Notes: generated by a model not told the origin, from the sequence alone. Positions 20,228 through 31,305 are shown, numbered from the stretch's first letter. The stretch is 64,000 bases of DNA from Thermoanaerobaculia bacterium (GCA_963719555.1 CAVRCL010000003.1:3757-67756), one strand, 5' to 3'. Numbers and translations: made by a program.

Positions 20228-20314
20228 GCGAAAGTGGCGGAATTGGTAGACGCGCAAGCCTCAGGAGCTTGTGGTCGTAAGGCCGTGGGGGTTCGAGTCC
20301 CCCCTTTCGCACCA
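20228..20314 (+). tRNA. tRNA-Leu (anticodon CAG), class II with a long variable arm
   Basis: Acceptor GCGAAAG / CTTTCGC-A-CCA. Anticodon arm CAAGC-CTCAGGA-GCTTG. T-arm GGGGG-TTCGAGT-CCCCC. Total 87 nt. Confidence 0.9.
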
Positions 20315-20332
20315 TCCTCGAGTCTTCCCACC

Positions 20333-20692
20333 TCAGACCAGCAGCAAAACGACATCGGCGACCGGCTCGCCGCTGGCGGAGACGACACCTTCGACGCGCA
20401 TCGCATTGCCGAAGCGTCGCCCGGCGACCACTTCGATCTCGAGCAGGTCGCCGGCGTGCACGGCGCGGTGCATCTCGAGACGGTCGATCCCGGCCAGCCA
20501 ACGCTGCTGCGGCCCTGTGCCCGGATCAACGAGAAGGAGCGCCGCGGCCTGGGCGACCAGCTCGGCGAGGAACGCCGGCGGCAGCGCCGCATTCCCGCGC
20601 AGCCAGGTGGAGTTGGCGGTGATCATGGCGCGTGCGGTTCCCGGACCTGCCCGGTCGACCCAGCGGAAGGGAAAGCGGTGCGGCAGGTTCAT
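20333..20692 (-). CDS. Small hot-dog fold (FabZ/ApeI-like) 3-hydroxyacyl-ACP dehydratase
   Basis: 119-aa frame from the ATG at 20692. The N-terminal LPHRFPFRWVDR mimics the FabZ LPHRYPFLLVDR motif. It is the last gene of the ACP operon. Confidence 0.6.
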   Translation of the reverse strand: MNLPHRFPFRWVDRAGPGTARAMITANSTWLRGNAALPPAFLAELVAQAAALLLVDPGTGPQQRWLAGIDRLEMHRAVHAGDLLEIEVVAGRRFGNAMRVEGVVSASGEPVADVVLLLV

Positions 20693-20727
20693 CTCGCGAT
20701 CCCTGCTGGCTCCGCTGGCTCCAATGC

Positions 20728-20994
20728 CTAGGAGGCGACTGGAGCCGAGCGCCTGGCGGCGACGAAGTCCGCGATGCTGTTGACCGTCGCGAGAATTTCG
20801 GAGCCGGACTGCTGATCGTCGATCGCGACGCCGAACTCCTGCTCGATGCCGAGCACGAGCTCCAGGGCGTCGATCGAATCGAGCCCCAAGCCCTCGGGCC
20901 CGAAGAGCGGTTCGTCGTCGCCGATCGACGCGGCGTCCCGCTCGAGCTTGAGGCGGTCCACCAGTAGCGCCTTGATCTGATTCTTCATTTCCAT
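20728..20994 (-). CDS. Acyl carrier protein
   Basis: Intact 88-aa ORF with the phosphopantetheine-attachment motif GLDSIDALEL. Confidence 0.85.
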   Translation of the reverse strand: MEMKNQIKALLVDRLKLERDAASIGDDEPLFGPEGLGLDSIDALELVLGIEQEFGVAIDDQQSGSEILATVNSIADFVAARRSAPVAS

Positions 20995-21042
20995 GCCCTC
21001 GAATCACCGGCGCGCACGCCGAGTCAGGATGGTACCACCGCC

Positions 21043-21789
21043 TCAGGCGGTCAGCAGTCCGCCGTCCACCCGAATCGTCTGGCCGGTGAGGTACGACGCC
21101 GCGTCCGAAGCGAGGAAGTCGACGACCGCCGCCACCTCTTCCGGCCTCCCCACCCGCCCCATGGGCACACCGCGCAGGGCGTCGGCGAGCTTAGCCTCCG
21201 GCATCGCCCGCAGCAGATCGGTGTCCACGAACCCCGGGGCGATGGCATTGCTGGTCACGCCGAAAGTGGCGACCTCCTTGGCCAGCGCTTTGGTGAATCC
21301 GATCAATCCGGCCTTCGCAGCGCTGTAGTGCGTCTGGCCCATCTGGCCGGCGACCCCGCTCGCGCTCGAAATCGCGATGACCCTTCCCCAGCGCCGCGAG
21401 AGCATGCCCTTGATCAGGCACTTCGTCAGGCGGTAGGCCGCGTTCAGATTCACCTCCAGCACCTCGTTCCAGTCCTCCTCGCCGAGAAACGGCAGGAGAG
21501 CGTCGCGCGTCGTCCCGGCATTGAGGACGAGGATCTGGACGTCGCCGAGGTCGGCACGGACCTGGGCCACGAGCGCCGGTATCGCCGCGCGGTCCCGCAC
21601 GTCGAGCGGATAGGCGAGACCGCCGACCTCGGCGGCGAGCGCCTCGGCACTCTCCCGATTGCGCAGATAGGTCAAGGCGACCCTCTCGCCACGGGCGGCG
21701 AGCGCCCGGACCGACGCGGCACCGATGCCGCCACTCGCGCCGGTGACGAGAGCGACCCGGGCGCCTCCCGCGGCGGCCCCGGTGCTCAA
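21043..21789 (-). CDS. fabG: 3-oxoacyl-ACP reductase (FabG-like SDR)
   Basis: C-terminal 248 aa of the 541-aa track ORF. A TTG at 21789 is preceded by GAGGTGGGGG. Motifs: [15 protein letters not shown], and [22 protein letters not shown] (S...YxxxK). Confidence 0.8.
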   Translation of the reverse strand: MSTGAAAGGARVALVTGASGGIGAASVRALAARGERVALTYLRNRESAEALAAEVGGLAYPLDVRDRAAIPALVAQVRADLGDVQILVLNAGTTRDALLPFLGEEDWNEVLEVNLNAAYRLTKCLIKGMLSRRWGRVIAISSASGVAGQMGQTHYSAAKAGLIGFTKALAKEVATFGVTSNAIAPGFVDTDLLRAMPEAKLADALRGVPMGRVGRPEEVAAVVDFLASDAASYLTGQTIRVDGGLLTA

Positions 21790-22730
21790 ACCCCCACCTC
21801 GCGAGCGGCACGATCCGGTCGATGAGCGTCCTCTTCGGGAGCGCCAGGGGCGCCGGGCTCCCGGACAGGGGGCTCGAGCCGTTCGGTCCGTCCGGCTGGG
21901 GTCGCCAGGCCGGCGGCCGACGAGATGCGTCCGCCACGGCAGGCTGGCGAGGGTGGTGCGAAAGCGCTCGGGAAACCCCTCCCGGCCGGCCTCGTGAAAG
22001 AAACGGGCGAAGCCCGTGAGGAAGCCCGGAACCGCACGCCCCGCAAGCTCCCACGGATGGACCACCAGCAGGGGAAGCCCGCCGCGTCGCAACTCGCGCC
22101 GGGCGGCGCCCAGGATCCAGCGTGGCGCGGCTGCCCTGCCGCACCAACCCCCGGCAGGGATCCGCAGCCTCCCCCCCCAGGTCAGGGGCGGGATCTCCAC
22201 CAGATGGACGCCGCCGGGCCAGGAGAGCGTCACGGGGCGATCCGGATTGGCCGACGACCCGGCTCCGGCGGCGGGGACGAGAGAGCTGTCGAAGCGAAAC
22301 CCGGCTTCAGCGACAATCCGCAGGCGAGGATTTCCGACCTCGCGCAGCGACCATTCGGGGGCGCGGAAACCGCGTATTTCCCCGCCGACCGCGTCCTCGA
22401 GGACCGCCTTGGCGCGGGCGATTTCTGCCCGGAAGCGCTCGGGATCGAGGCTGTTGGCCCGCCAGTGGTGAAACGAGTGGCAGGCGATCTCGTGCCCCGC
22501 CGCCGCCAGCTCGCGCAAGCGGGAAGCAATGCGCCCACCGACCTCACCCAGGACGAAGAAGGTTGCCGTTGCGCCCGAGCGGGCGAGCTCCTCGGCGAGC
22601 TGCGGCAGGAGCCAGTCGAGCTCCTCGGGAAGACGCGGGCGCGCACCGGGATCGACGTACTCGGGCACCCAGCAGTTGTGGTACCACTCCTCGACGTCGA
22701 CGGACAGGGCGGGCCCGAACCGGGCGACGA
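21786..22730 (-). pseudogene. Polysaccharide deacetylase family protein (NodB-like, with a DUF3473-type C-terminus). Both ends are unresolved.
   Basis: [14 protein letters not shown] (my translation just upstream of the track ORF start), then TFFVLGEVG...[12 protein letters not shown]...[11 protein letters not shown]. No ATG/GTG/TTG start exists in frame upstream. The C-terminal about 40 aa before FabG read as out-of-frame junk, while an alternative frame stops at 21786 overlapping the FabG RBS. Confidence 0.7.
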
Positions 22731-22734
22731 GCGG

Positions 22735-23437
22735 CCGGAGGTCAGGCAGGGCTCGTCTTCGACTTTGAATTGGATGGCGGCAAGGGCGATCCGGAGGGTG
22801 TCGATCAGGGGCCGAAAATGGCTCTCCTCGTCATTATAGATAGTCCTGACCGGAACGTGCCCGAGCGCGCGCGCCGACCTTCCCCGCCTTGATCAGCATC
22901 TCGGACTCGATCGCGTAGCCGTCGGACCGCAGGCGCAGCCGTCGCGCCAGGTCGCTCGAGATGAGGCGGTATCCCGACTGGGAGTCTTCGAGCTCGAGCT
23001 CCGACATCCAGCTGAGGATGCGCGTGCCGATGTAGTTCGTCCAGTAGCGGGCCGGCGGAATCCGTTCCGCGAATCCTGCAGGCGCGCACCCACCACGCAG
23101 GTCGACACCGCCGCCGTCCCACGCCGCGATCAGCGCCGGAATATCGCCGGGATCGTGCTGCCCGTCACCGTCGAGCAGCACGAAGCGCTACGCGGCCGGC
23201 GCTCGCAGCGCGAGCTCGATGCCACGGCGCAGCGCGAAACCCTTGCCGCGGTTCTACCGGCAGCACCTCGACGCGGGCGCCCGCCGCGGCGGCGCCGCGC
23301 CGCCGTTTCGTCCCGGCTGCCGTCGCTCACCACCACGACGTCGGCGACGAAACGGCCGCGCACCCGGCGACGACCTCGCCGATGGTCGCCCCACAGTCGA
23401 AGGCCGGGATCACCGCTGCAATGTCTTCACGAGTCAC
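22735..23437 (-). pseudogene. Family-2 glycosyltransferase of the polyprenyl-phosphate sugar transferase type (DPM1/ArnC/GtrB-like), with at least 3 frame disruptions
   Basis: GTG at 23437 gives TREDIAAVIPAFDCGATIGEVVAG. ORF 23130..23363 gives FVADVVVVSDGSRDETAA. ORF 22834..23181 gives LLDGDGQHDPGDIPALIAAW...EDSQSGYRLIS...YAIESEMLIKA. Another frame gives [32 protein letters not shown]. The 3' boundary is approximate. Confidence 0.65.
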
Positions 23438-23518
23438 GAATCGGGCAACTTATAGCACAGCATTTCACGACCTGAGACCTCTTGTTCTCGCCCGCGGCCT
23501 TGTGAAAGGCTTTCGCAG

Positions 23519-23911
23519 GTGCCAGAGGCGTATTTCCCAATCATCGTCGCCTTCACTGCGGCCTTCGCGTCTGGCCTGCCTGCTCATGGCCATCTCCTGG
23601 TTCGCCGGACATCGCAGCGGCGGGCGAGTCAAGCTCTCGACCTACGAGTCCGGCCTGCCGCTGCTCGACCGCTCGCGCAAGCGGCTCTCCATCGCGTTCT
23701 TCCTGATCGCCATCGACTTCGTCGTCTTCGACGTCGAGGCGGCCTTCCTCTACCCCTGGATCGTCATCATGCGTGAGGGCGGTTGGCCCCTGTTCGCGGC
23801 GGTGATGGCCTTCCTCGGCCTGATCCTCGTCGGGTACGCCTACGTCTGGAGGAAGGGCGGACTCGACGTCGTGGCGAAGGCCCTGCGCCCGCAGAGGGGC
23901 AACTCGATGAG
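23519..23911 (+). pseudogene. nuoA: NADH-quinone oxidoreductase subunit A, frame-disrupted
   Basis: GTG at 23519 gives PEAYFPIIVAFTAAFASG (ORF 23519..23776). The rest is in the frame of ORF 23382..24155: LACLLMAISWFAGHR...KLSTYESGLP...FLIAIDFVVFDVEAAFLYPW...YVWRKGGLD. No in-frame stop follows. A TGA at 23909-23911 in another frame overlaps the nuoE ATG (ATGA). Confidence 0.75.
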
Positions 23912-24428
23912 CTCCGGCGCCGGACAGCGAGCCCAGCCTGCCGGACAGCGCGATCGCCGAGATCCTCGCCCTCCGGCCCAGGTATCCAACCCTCGAAGCC
24001 CTGACGCTGCCGGCCCTGCATATCGCGCAGCGCGCTTCCGGAGGCTGGCTGCCCGAGGCCGCGATCGAAGCGGTCGCCGATCTCCTGGAGCTGCCCGGTC
24101 GCCAGGGTCGCCGGAGTCGTTTCCTTCTATGACATGTACCACGTGCGCCCCGTAGGCCGCCATCGCATCCGCGTCTGCACCAACCTCTCCTGCCAGCTGC
24201 GCGGGTCGGGAGAGATCCTCGAGACGATCGGCCAGGAGCTCGGCGTCGAGCGAGGGCCAGGTGACTCCCGATGGCCGCTGCTCCTACGTCCAGTTCGAGT
24301 GCCTCGGCTCCTGCGACACGGCGCCGATGGTGATGATCGACGACGACTATCACGAGAACCTGACCCCCGAGCGGGTCCGGCAGATCGTGCGAGAGCTGAA
24401 GTGGCCATGGCTACCGAACGCGTTCTGA
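23908..24428 (+). pseudogene. nuoE: NADH-quinone oxidoreductase subunit E (2Fe-2S), frame-disrupted
   Basis: Pieces in three frames: [54 protein letters not shown]; then [41 protein letters not shown]; then (my translation) [47 protein letters not shown], with a stop at 24426-24428. Confidence 0.8.
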
Positions 24429-25708
24429 CCCGCAACGTCGGCCGGCCCGAGGCGCTGACCGTCCGGGGCTATCGCGAAGGCGGCGGCTACGACGCCCTCG
24501 CCAAGGCTCTGCGCATGCAGCCGGAAGAGGTCATCGAAGAGGTCAAGCGCTCCGGTCTGCGCGGCCGCGGCGGCGCCGGCTTTCCCTGCGGGCCAAGTGG
24601 TCCTTCGTTCCCGCGGCAGAGCCCCAAGCCGAAGTACATCGTCTGCAACGCCGACGAATCCGAGCCCGGAACGTTCAAGGACCGGCTCCTCATGGAGCAC
24701 GATCCGCATCAGCTCATCGAGGGCTGCATCATCGCCGGCTGGGCGGTCGGAGCCAACACCACCTACATCTACATCCGCGGCGAGTACACCAAGGCGGCCG
24801 CCGATCCTCGAGGCCGCGATCCGCGACGCCTACGACAGCGGCGTCCTCGGGACGAACGTGATGGGCAGCGGCTTCCGCCACGACATGGTCGTCCACCGCG
24901 GCGCCGGGGCCTACATCTGCGGCGAAGAGACCGGGATGCTCGAGTCGCTCGAAGGCAAGCGCGGCCAGCCGCGCGTCAAGCCGCCGTTCCCGGCCGTGGT
25001 CGGAGCGTTCGGCTGCCCGACCGTGATCAACAACGTCGAGACGCTCTGCTGCGCGACGCACATCCTCCTGCGCGGCGCCGACTGGTTCAAGGCGATCGGC
25101 ACCGACGAGCGCAACACCGGGCCGAAGCTCTACGCCATCTCCGGCCACGTCGAGCGTCCCGGCACCTACGAGTACCCGATCGGCGTCCCGTTCCAGACCC
25201 TGCTCGACGGCTGCGGCGGCATGTACCGCGGCCGCGAGCTGAAGGCCTTCATTCCGGGCGGGGCCTCGGCGCCGATGATGAAGGCCGCGGACCGCGAGAT
25301 CCGGATGGACTTCGACACCCTGGCCAAGGCCGGCAGCATGCTCGGCTCGGCGGCGGTGATCGTCATGGACGACACCACCTGCATGGTCCGCGCGACGCTG
25401 CGTCTCGCCAAGTTCTTCGCCCACGAATCGTGCGGCCAGTGCACGCCCTGCCGCGAGGGCACGAACTGGATGAAGATCCTGCTGCAGCGGATCGCACAGC
25501 GGCCAGGGAGCCGGAGGCCGACCTCGACCTCCTCGCCCGCGTGGTTCCGAACGTCGGCGGGATCTCGCTCTGCGCCCTGGGCGACGCCGCCCAGGGGCCG
25601 GTGCGCTCGCTGGTCGACAAATGGAGCGACGAGATCCGTGAAAACCTGCGCGCCGGGCGGTATCCGACCCCGGCGCCGCGCTACTTCGACCAGGGAGCCG
25701 CCGCCTGA
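24407..25708 (+). pseudogene. nuoF: NADH-quinone oxidoreductase subunit F (FMN/NADH-binding), with at least 3 frame disruptions
   Basis: ORF 24134..25708 carries MATERVLT...[11 protein letters not shown]...[17 protein letters not shown] and the C-terminus. ORF 24597..26141 carries the central part ([19 protein letters not shown]...[15 protein letters not shown]). Confidence 0.9.
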
Positions 25709-27349
25709 TGCCTACCTTGACCATCGACGGACGCACGGTCGAGGTGCCGGCCGGGACCAACCTGATCGAAGCCGGACTCAAGGTCGGAGTCCAGATCCCC
25801 CACTACTGCTATCACCCGCGCCTCTCGGTCGTCGGCCAGTGCCGCATGTGCATGGTCGAGATCGAAGGCATGGGCAAGCTCCAGGCGGCCTGCTCCACCC
25901 AGGTGATGAAGGACGGCATGGTCGTCCGCACCACCTCGCCCGAACGCCGACGAGGCCCAGCGGGCGATCATGGAGTTCCTGCTCATCAACCATCCGCTGG
26001 ACTGCCCGATCTGCGATCAGGCCGGCGAGTGCGGCCTGCAGGACTACTCCTACAAGCACGGCCAGGCCTTCTCCCGCTTCCGGTTCGAGGAGAAGCGCAC
26101 CTATCCCGAGAAGGAGCGCATTCCGCTCGGGCCGACGGTGATGCTGAACATGAACCGCTGCATCCAGTGCACGCGGTGCATCCGCTTCACCGAGGAGATC
26201 GCCAAGACCAGCGAGCTCGGCTTCTTCGAGCGCGGCTCGCATGCCGAGATCGGCACCTTTCCGGGCAAGCCGCTCGACAACCCGCTCTCGACCTGCGTCG
26301 TCGACATCTGCCCGGTCGGCGCGCTCACCTCCACCCGCTTCCGCTTCGCCGAGCGCGTCTGGTACCTCGACAAGAACCCGTCGATCTGCACCGGTTGCGA
26401 CGTCGGCTGCAACATCACTCTCGAGCACAAGCACGGGGCGATCAAGCGCTACAAGCCGCGCCAGAACCCGGAGGTCAACGACTTCTGGATGTGCGACTTC
26501 GGGCGCTCGACCCACGAGCGCTACCGCGAGCTGCCCCGCCTCGCCTTCCCGCAGATCCGCCGCAACGGCGAGCTCGCGGCGACCGGCTGGAAGGAGGCCA
26601 TCGACCACGTCGCCCACAATCTGCGCTCGCGCCGCAGCGAAGGCGTCATCGCCTTTCTCGGCTCGGGGTTTCTGTCGACGGAAGAGGCCTTCCTGCTCGC
26701 CAAGATCGCCGCCTTCGTCGAGTCACCGCACCGCTCGATCTGGGTCGACAGCGGCCCGGCGCGGCACATTCCCAACCCGCAGGGAGGCATCGACCGGCCA
26801 CGACGCGGCGCCGAACCGCCGCGGCGCCGAGCTTGCCGGGCTGGTTCCGGCCTCCGGCGCGGTGAGCAGCGAGGATCTCCTGCTCGAGGGAGCAGCCGTC
26901 AAGTGCGGAGCGATCTTCATCGCCGACAGCGATTTCGGGCGCGCCGCGCACGATCCCAAGGTCGTCGAGCGCCTGCGCGAGGCGAAGTTCCTGGCCGTGA
27001 TGGGATGGGCGGACTCGCCGCTCGCCCGCGTCGCCGACGTCGTCCTGCCGGTCGCCACGCACGCCGAGCGCGCCGGCACGTTCGTCAATGTCGACTGGCG
27101 GGTGCAGCGCTTCGAGCAGGCCTTCGCGGCGCCGCCGCAGGTCCGGCCGGGCGTCGAGGCGCTCGCCGATCTGCTCTCGCGTTTCGATCCCAAGTGGTCG
27201 ACGGTCACGCCCGCCGACGGTCTTCGATCTGATGGCCGAGGAGATTCCGGCCTTCGCGCGGTCTGCGCTACCGGGAGATCGCCGCCGAAGGCACCAAGCT
27301 CACGACGGTGCCCCCGCCGGCGCCGGCGCCGGCCGGGGCAGGAGCGTAA
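25708..27349 (+). pseudogene. nuoG: NADH-quinone oxidoreductase subunit G (short form, about 547 codons), with at least 3 frame disruptions
   Basis: MPTLTIDGRTVEVPAGTNLIEA...HYCYHPRLSVVGQCRMCMVEI (ORF 25708). MEFLLINHPLDCPICDQAGECGLQD...NRCIQCTRCIRF...CPVGALT (ORF 25970). The C-terminal part is in ORF 26241 and later frames. TAA at 27347-27349. Confidence 0.9.
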
Positions 27350-27354
27350 CGCGC

Positions 27355-28452
27355 GTGGTCTTCACCCCGGCAGTCATCGCCGCCCTCGCCATGACCGGCC
27401 TGTGGCTCGTCGCGCTGATCAGCGTCACTCCGGTCCTGCTGTGGCTGGAACGCCGCGCTCCGGCTTTCATGCAGGACCGCCTCGGCCCGAACCGGCTGGG
27501 CCCCCTGGGGCTCTTTCAGGCCATCGCCGACGTCCTCAAGTTCATCTTCAAGGAGGACCTGAATCCGGCCGGCGCCGACAAGTTCCTCTTCGTCCTCGCG
27601 CCGACGATCGGCTTCGTCGCCTCCTTGCTGACCTATCTCGTCCTCCCCTTCGGACCTGAAGTCACCGTGGCCGGACACACGTTCCCACTGGTGGTGATCG
27701 ACTCGGACGCCGGGATGCTGATGTTCCTGGCGCTCGCGAGCCTCGGGGTCTACGGCCTCGTCCTCGCCGGCTACAGCTCGAACAACAAATGGTCACTGAT
27801 GGGCGGCATCCGGGCTTCGGCCCAGATGGTGAGCTACGAGCTGGCGCTGACCGTCGCGGTCCTCGCGGCGCTCGTGCCGGCCGGCTCGCTGAACCTCTCG
27901 CGCGTCGTCGACCACCAGATCGCGGGCTCGCTGCTCGGGTTCCTGCCGGCGTGGAACGTCTTCACCCAGCCGCTCGGCTTCCTGGTCTTCCTGGTCGCCG
28001 CTTTCGCGGAGACCAACCGGACGCCGTTCGACCTGCCAGAGGCCGAATCCGAGCTGGTCGCCGGCTACCACACCGAGTATGGCGGCCTGCGCATGGCGCT
28101 GTTCTACATGGGCGAGTACCAGTCGATGGCGATCCTCTCGGCTCTCGGCTCGACGCTCTATTTCGGCGGCTGGTCGCTCCCCGGCGTCGACGCGGCCGCC
28201 GCCGGGGCATGGATCGCGGGCCTGCCGGTGGTCGGAGCACTTCTCGGCCCCGGACTCGGCACGGCGCTCTTCGGTTTCTCGGTGCTGGGCCTGAAGACCT
28301 ACATCGCCCTCTTCTGCTTCATCTGGGTGCGCTGGAGTTTCCCGCGCTTTCGTTACGACCAGCTCATGCGGCTGGGATGGAAGGTGCTTCTGCCTCTCGC
28401 GCTGGTCAACTTCGTCGTCGTGGCCGCGCTCGCCGTAGCCGGGAAGATCTGA
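27355..28452 (+). CDS. nuoH: NADH-quinone oxidoreductase subunit H
   Basis: Intact from the GTG at 27355 (in the frame of ORF 27088..28452). Motifs: ERRAPAFMQDRLGPNRLGPLGLFQAIAD, AETNRTPFDLPEAESELVAGYHTEYGG. Confidence 0.95.
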   Translation: MVFTPAVIAALAMTGLWLVALISVTPVLLWLERRAPAFMQDRLGPNRLGPLGLFQAIADVLKFIFKEDLNPAGADKFLFVLAPTIGFVASLLTYLVLPFGPEVTVAGHTFPLVVIDSDAGMLMFLALASLGVYGLVLAGYSSNNKWSLMGGIRASAQMVSYELALTVAVLAALVPAGSLNLSRVVDHQIAGSLLGFLPAWNVFTQPLGFLVFLVAAFAETNRTPFDLPEAESELVAGYHTEYGGLRMALFYMGEYQSMAILSALGSTLYFGGWSLPGVDAAAAGAWIAGLPVVGALLGPGLGTALFGFSVLGLKTYIALFCFIWVRWSFPRFRYDQLMRLGWKVLLPLALVNFVVVAALAVAGKI

Positions 28453-28454
28453 CG

Positions 28455-29052
28455 ATGCTGCTGACCGTGTTCGTTTTTCTTGGCAATCGCGGCGGTCGGC
28501 TCGGCGGCGGTGGTCGTTCTGCATCGCAATCCGGTCGTCTCCACGATGAGCCTGGTGGTGACACTCGTAGCCACGGCCGGGCTCTTCATCATGCTCGGGT
28601 CGCCCTTCCTCGCGGCGCTCCAGATCCTCCTCTACACCGGGGCGATTCTGGTCCTCTTCCTGTTCGTCATCATGCTGCTCAACGTGCAGCGCGAGCGCAC
28701 GACGGCCACCAGGATGAGCGGCATGATCGTTGGCGCCGGGATCTGCGCCGTCGTCTTCGCGGGTGTGCTCGTCAGGCTCTTCTGGGCCGCCTACTCCGGC
28801 GCGGTCGTCAGGCCGCTCGAAGCCGAGTCGGTCTCGCTGGTCGTCATCGCACGCGAGCTCTTCAGTACCTACATCCTGCCTTTCGAGATGATCGGCCTCC
28901 TGCTGCTCGTGGCGGTCGTCGCGGCAAGTTGGGTCGCCCAGAAGGCGGAGCCCGGCGAGTTGGCGGCGAGTCCCGACGTCCTCGCTGAAGCCGCTGAACC
29001 CGTTGCACCCGCCGAAGGCGTCGGCACCGCGAAACAGGGAGAGCCGCGATGA
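28455..29052 (+). pseudogene. nuoJ: NADH-quinone oxidoreductase subunit J, with one frame disruption in a T5 run
   Basis: ATG at 28455 reads MLLTVFVF, then goes out of frame. ORF 28480..29052 continues AIAAVGSAAVVVLHRNPVVSTMSLV...LQILLYTGAILVLFLFVIMLL. Removing one T from ttttt (28474-28478) joins them seamlessly. Confidence 0.85.
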
Positions 29053-29354
29053 CGATCCCCATCGTCTGGTACCTGGTGCTCGCCGCGGTGCTTTTCTGCA
29101 TCGGCGCGTTCGGTGCCCTCACCCGCCGCAGCGGCATCGCGATCTTCCTGTCGATCGAGCTCATGCTGAACGCCGCCAATCTGACGCTCGTCGCCTATTC
29201 GCGCATACATGGCAACAGCGCCGGACAGATGTTCGTCTTCTTCGCGCTGGCCGTCGCCGCGGCCGAAGCCGCCGTAGGACTGGGGCTCTTCATCAGCATC
29301 TACCGCCTGCGACATACGATCGACATCAATCGTCTGAATCGACTCCGATGGTGA
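29049..29354 (+). CDS. nuoK: NADH-quinone oxidoreductase subunit K
   Basis: Intact 101-aa ORF: LSIELMLNAANLTLVAYS...FFALAVAAAEAAVGLGL. Confidence 0.95.
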   Translation: MTIPIVWYLVLAAVLFCIGAFGALTRRSGIAIFLSIELMLNAANLTLVAYSRIHGNSAGQMFVFFALAVAAAEAAVGLGLFISIYRLRHTIDINRLNRLRW

Positions 29355-29358
29355 GACG

Positions 29359-31305
29359 ATGAGAGCCCTCGACTATCTGTGGCTGATTCCGGCGCTGCCC
29401 TTTCTCGGAGCAGCCGTCAACGGGCTCCTGGTCAGGAACCGCCACAAGGCGCTGGCGACCGCGATCGGAGTCGGGGCTCCCGGGCTCTCGCTGCATCGTG
29501 GCGCTCGCCTGCCTGGCGGAGTTCCTGGCTCGCCCTGGTTTCGCGCCCTTCGAACAGCTGGTCTATCCCTGGACCGCCGGCTCGCTGAAGATCGACATCG
29601 CCTTCCTGCTCGACCCGCTCTCGGCCGTCATGCTCTTCGTCGTGACGTTCGTGGGTTTCCTGATCCACGTCTACTCAGTCGGCTACATGGCTCACGAGCC
29701 GGGCTATCGCCGGTATTTCTCCTACCTGAACCTCTTCATGGGCGCCATGCTGCTCCTCGTTCTCGGGGACAACTTCCTGGTGATGTTCGTCGGGTGGGAG
29801 GGCGTCGGCCTGTGCTCCTATCTGCTCATCGGCTTCTATTTCGATCAGGATTTTCCGCCGCAGGCCGGACGCAAGGCGTTCATCGTCAACCGCATCGGCG
29901 ACTTCGCCTTCCTGCTCGGCCTGTTCGCCATCTTCGCCCACTTCGGCACCCTCTACTTCAAGGGCGTCAACACGGCGATCCTCGCGGACCTCGGCGCCGC
30001 TCGAGGCGCCCTTCGCCTCTGGACTGTCGCTGGCGAGCTTCATCGCCCTCTGCCTGTTCGTCGGCGCGATGGGCAAGAGCGCCCAGATCCCGCTCTATGT
30101 CTGGCTTCCGGACGCGATGGCCGGCCCGACTCCCGTCTCGGCCCTCATCCATGCCGCGACGATGGTGACCGCCGGCGTCTACATGGTCGTCCGGACCAAC
30201 CTCATCTATCAACTGGCGCCGTCGCATCTCGGTGTTCGTCGCCATCATCGGCGCGGCCACGGCGATCTTCGCCGCCACCATCGGCATCGCGCAGAACGAC
30301 ATCAAGAAGGTCCTCGCCTACTCGACCGTCTCGCAGCTCGGCTACATGTTCCTGGCTGCCGGCGTCGGGGCCTACGTCGCGGCGATCTTCCATCTCGCGA
30401 CGCACGCCTTCTTCAAGGCACTGCTCTTCCTCGGCTCCGGCTCGGTGATCCACGCCATGGGCGGCGAGCAGGACATGCGCAAGATGGGGGGCCTGCGCAA
30501 GCAGCTGCCGTGGACCTACCGCACCTTCCTCGTCGGAACGCTCGCCATCTCCGGCGTTCCGCTGCTCGCCGGCTTCTTCAGCAAGGACGCCATCCTCGCC
30601 GGCGCCTTCGAGAAGTCGCCCGTGCTGTGGATCATCGGCCTCGCTGACCGCGGCGCTGACGGCCTGCTACATGCTCCGGGTGGTCTTCCTGACTTTCTTC
30701 GGCAAGTTCCGCGGCACCCACGAGCAGGAGCACCATCTCCACGAGTCGCCGGGCGTCATGGTCGTGCCGCTGGTCATCCTCGCTGTCGGGCGCGGCTTTC
30801 GCCGGCTATGCCGGCAAGATCCCCTTCACCCATTTCGACTGGCTGGGCGGCTTCCTGTCGCTCGGTCATCGTCGCCATTCCGGGGCACGAGGCGCACGCC
30901 GCGCATCACGGACTCGGCCTCGAAGCGATGCTCGTCGGCGCCTCGATCGCGGCTGCCGCCGCCGGCCTCGGGCTCGCCTGGTGGCTCTGGGGGCGCAATC
31001 GCGGCACCGCTGCCGACGAGCATGCTGGCGCGGCGGGCACCGCGGCCTCTACCGTCTGGTCGAGAACAAGTACTTCGTCGACGAGATCTACGACCGCTTC
31101 GTGGTTCGGCCACTGCGCGCGACTGGCGCGCTTCTGCTGGAAGGTCATCGACTCCGTATTCATCGACGGCGGTCTCCATGTGCTGGCCTTCATCACCGAG
31201 CTCGCCGGTGACCTCGGACGCTTCTCCACCACGGGCAACGTCCGCCAGTACGCGCTCTACTTCTTTGCCGGAGTGCTCGTTCTCTTCTGGTGGATGATCT
31301 TCTGA
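29359..31305 (+). pseudogene. nuoL: NADH-quinone oxidoreductase subunit L, with about 5 or more frame disruptions
   Basis: Consecutive pieces lie in ORFs 29359, 29498 ([15 protein letters not shown]), 30069 ([37 protein letters not shown]), 30232 ([20 protein letters not shown]...[17 protein letters not shown]), 30671, 30981 ([18 protein letters not shown]) and back to 30232, ending at 31305. Confidence 0.9.

Noticed and set aside
15-20280. Long plus-strand ORFs antisense to real genes (e.g. 15..1460, 1629..2804, 12081..13577, 18133..20280; also 45533..46648 and 36263..37460)
   Set aside because: These are shadow ORFs typical of GC-rich DNA. Their translations are Arg/Ala/Pro/Gly-rich with no recognisable motifs, and each lies opposite a gene with clear family signatures (polX, metK, leuS, der/merR, comEC, the cca-like gene).
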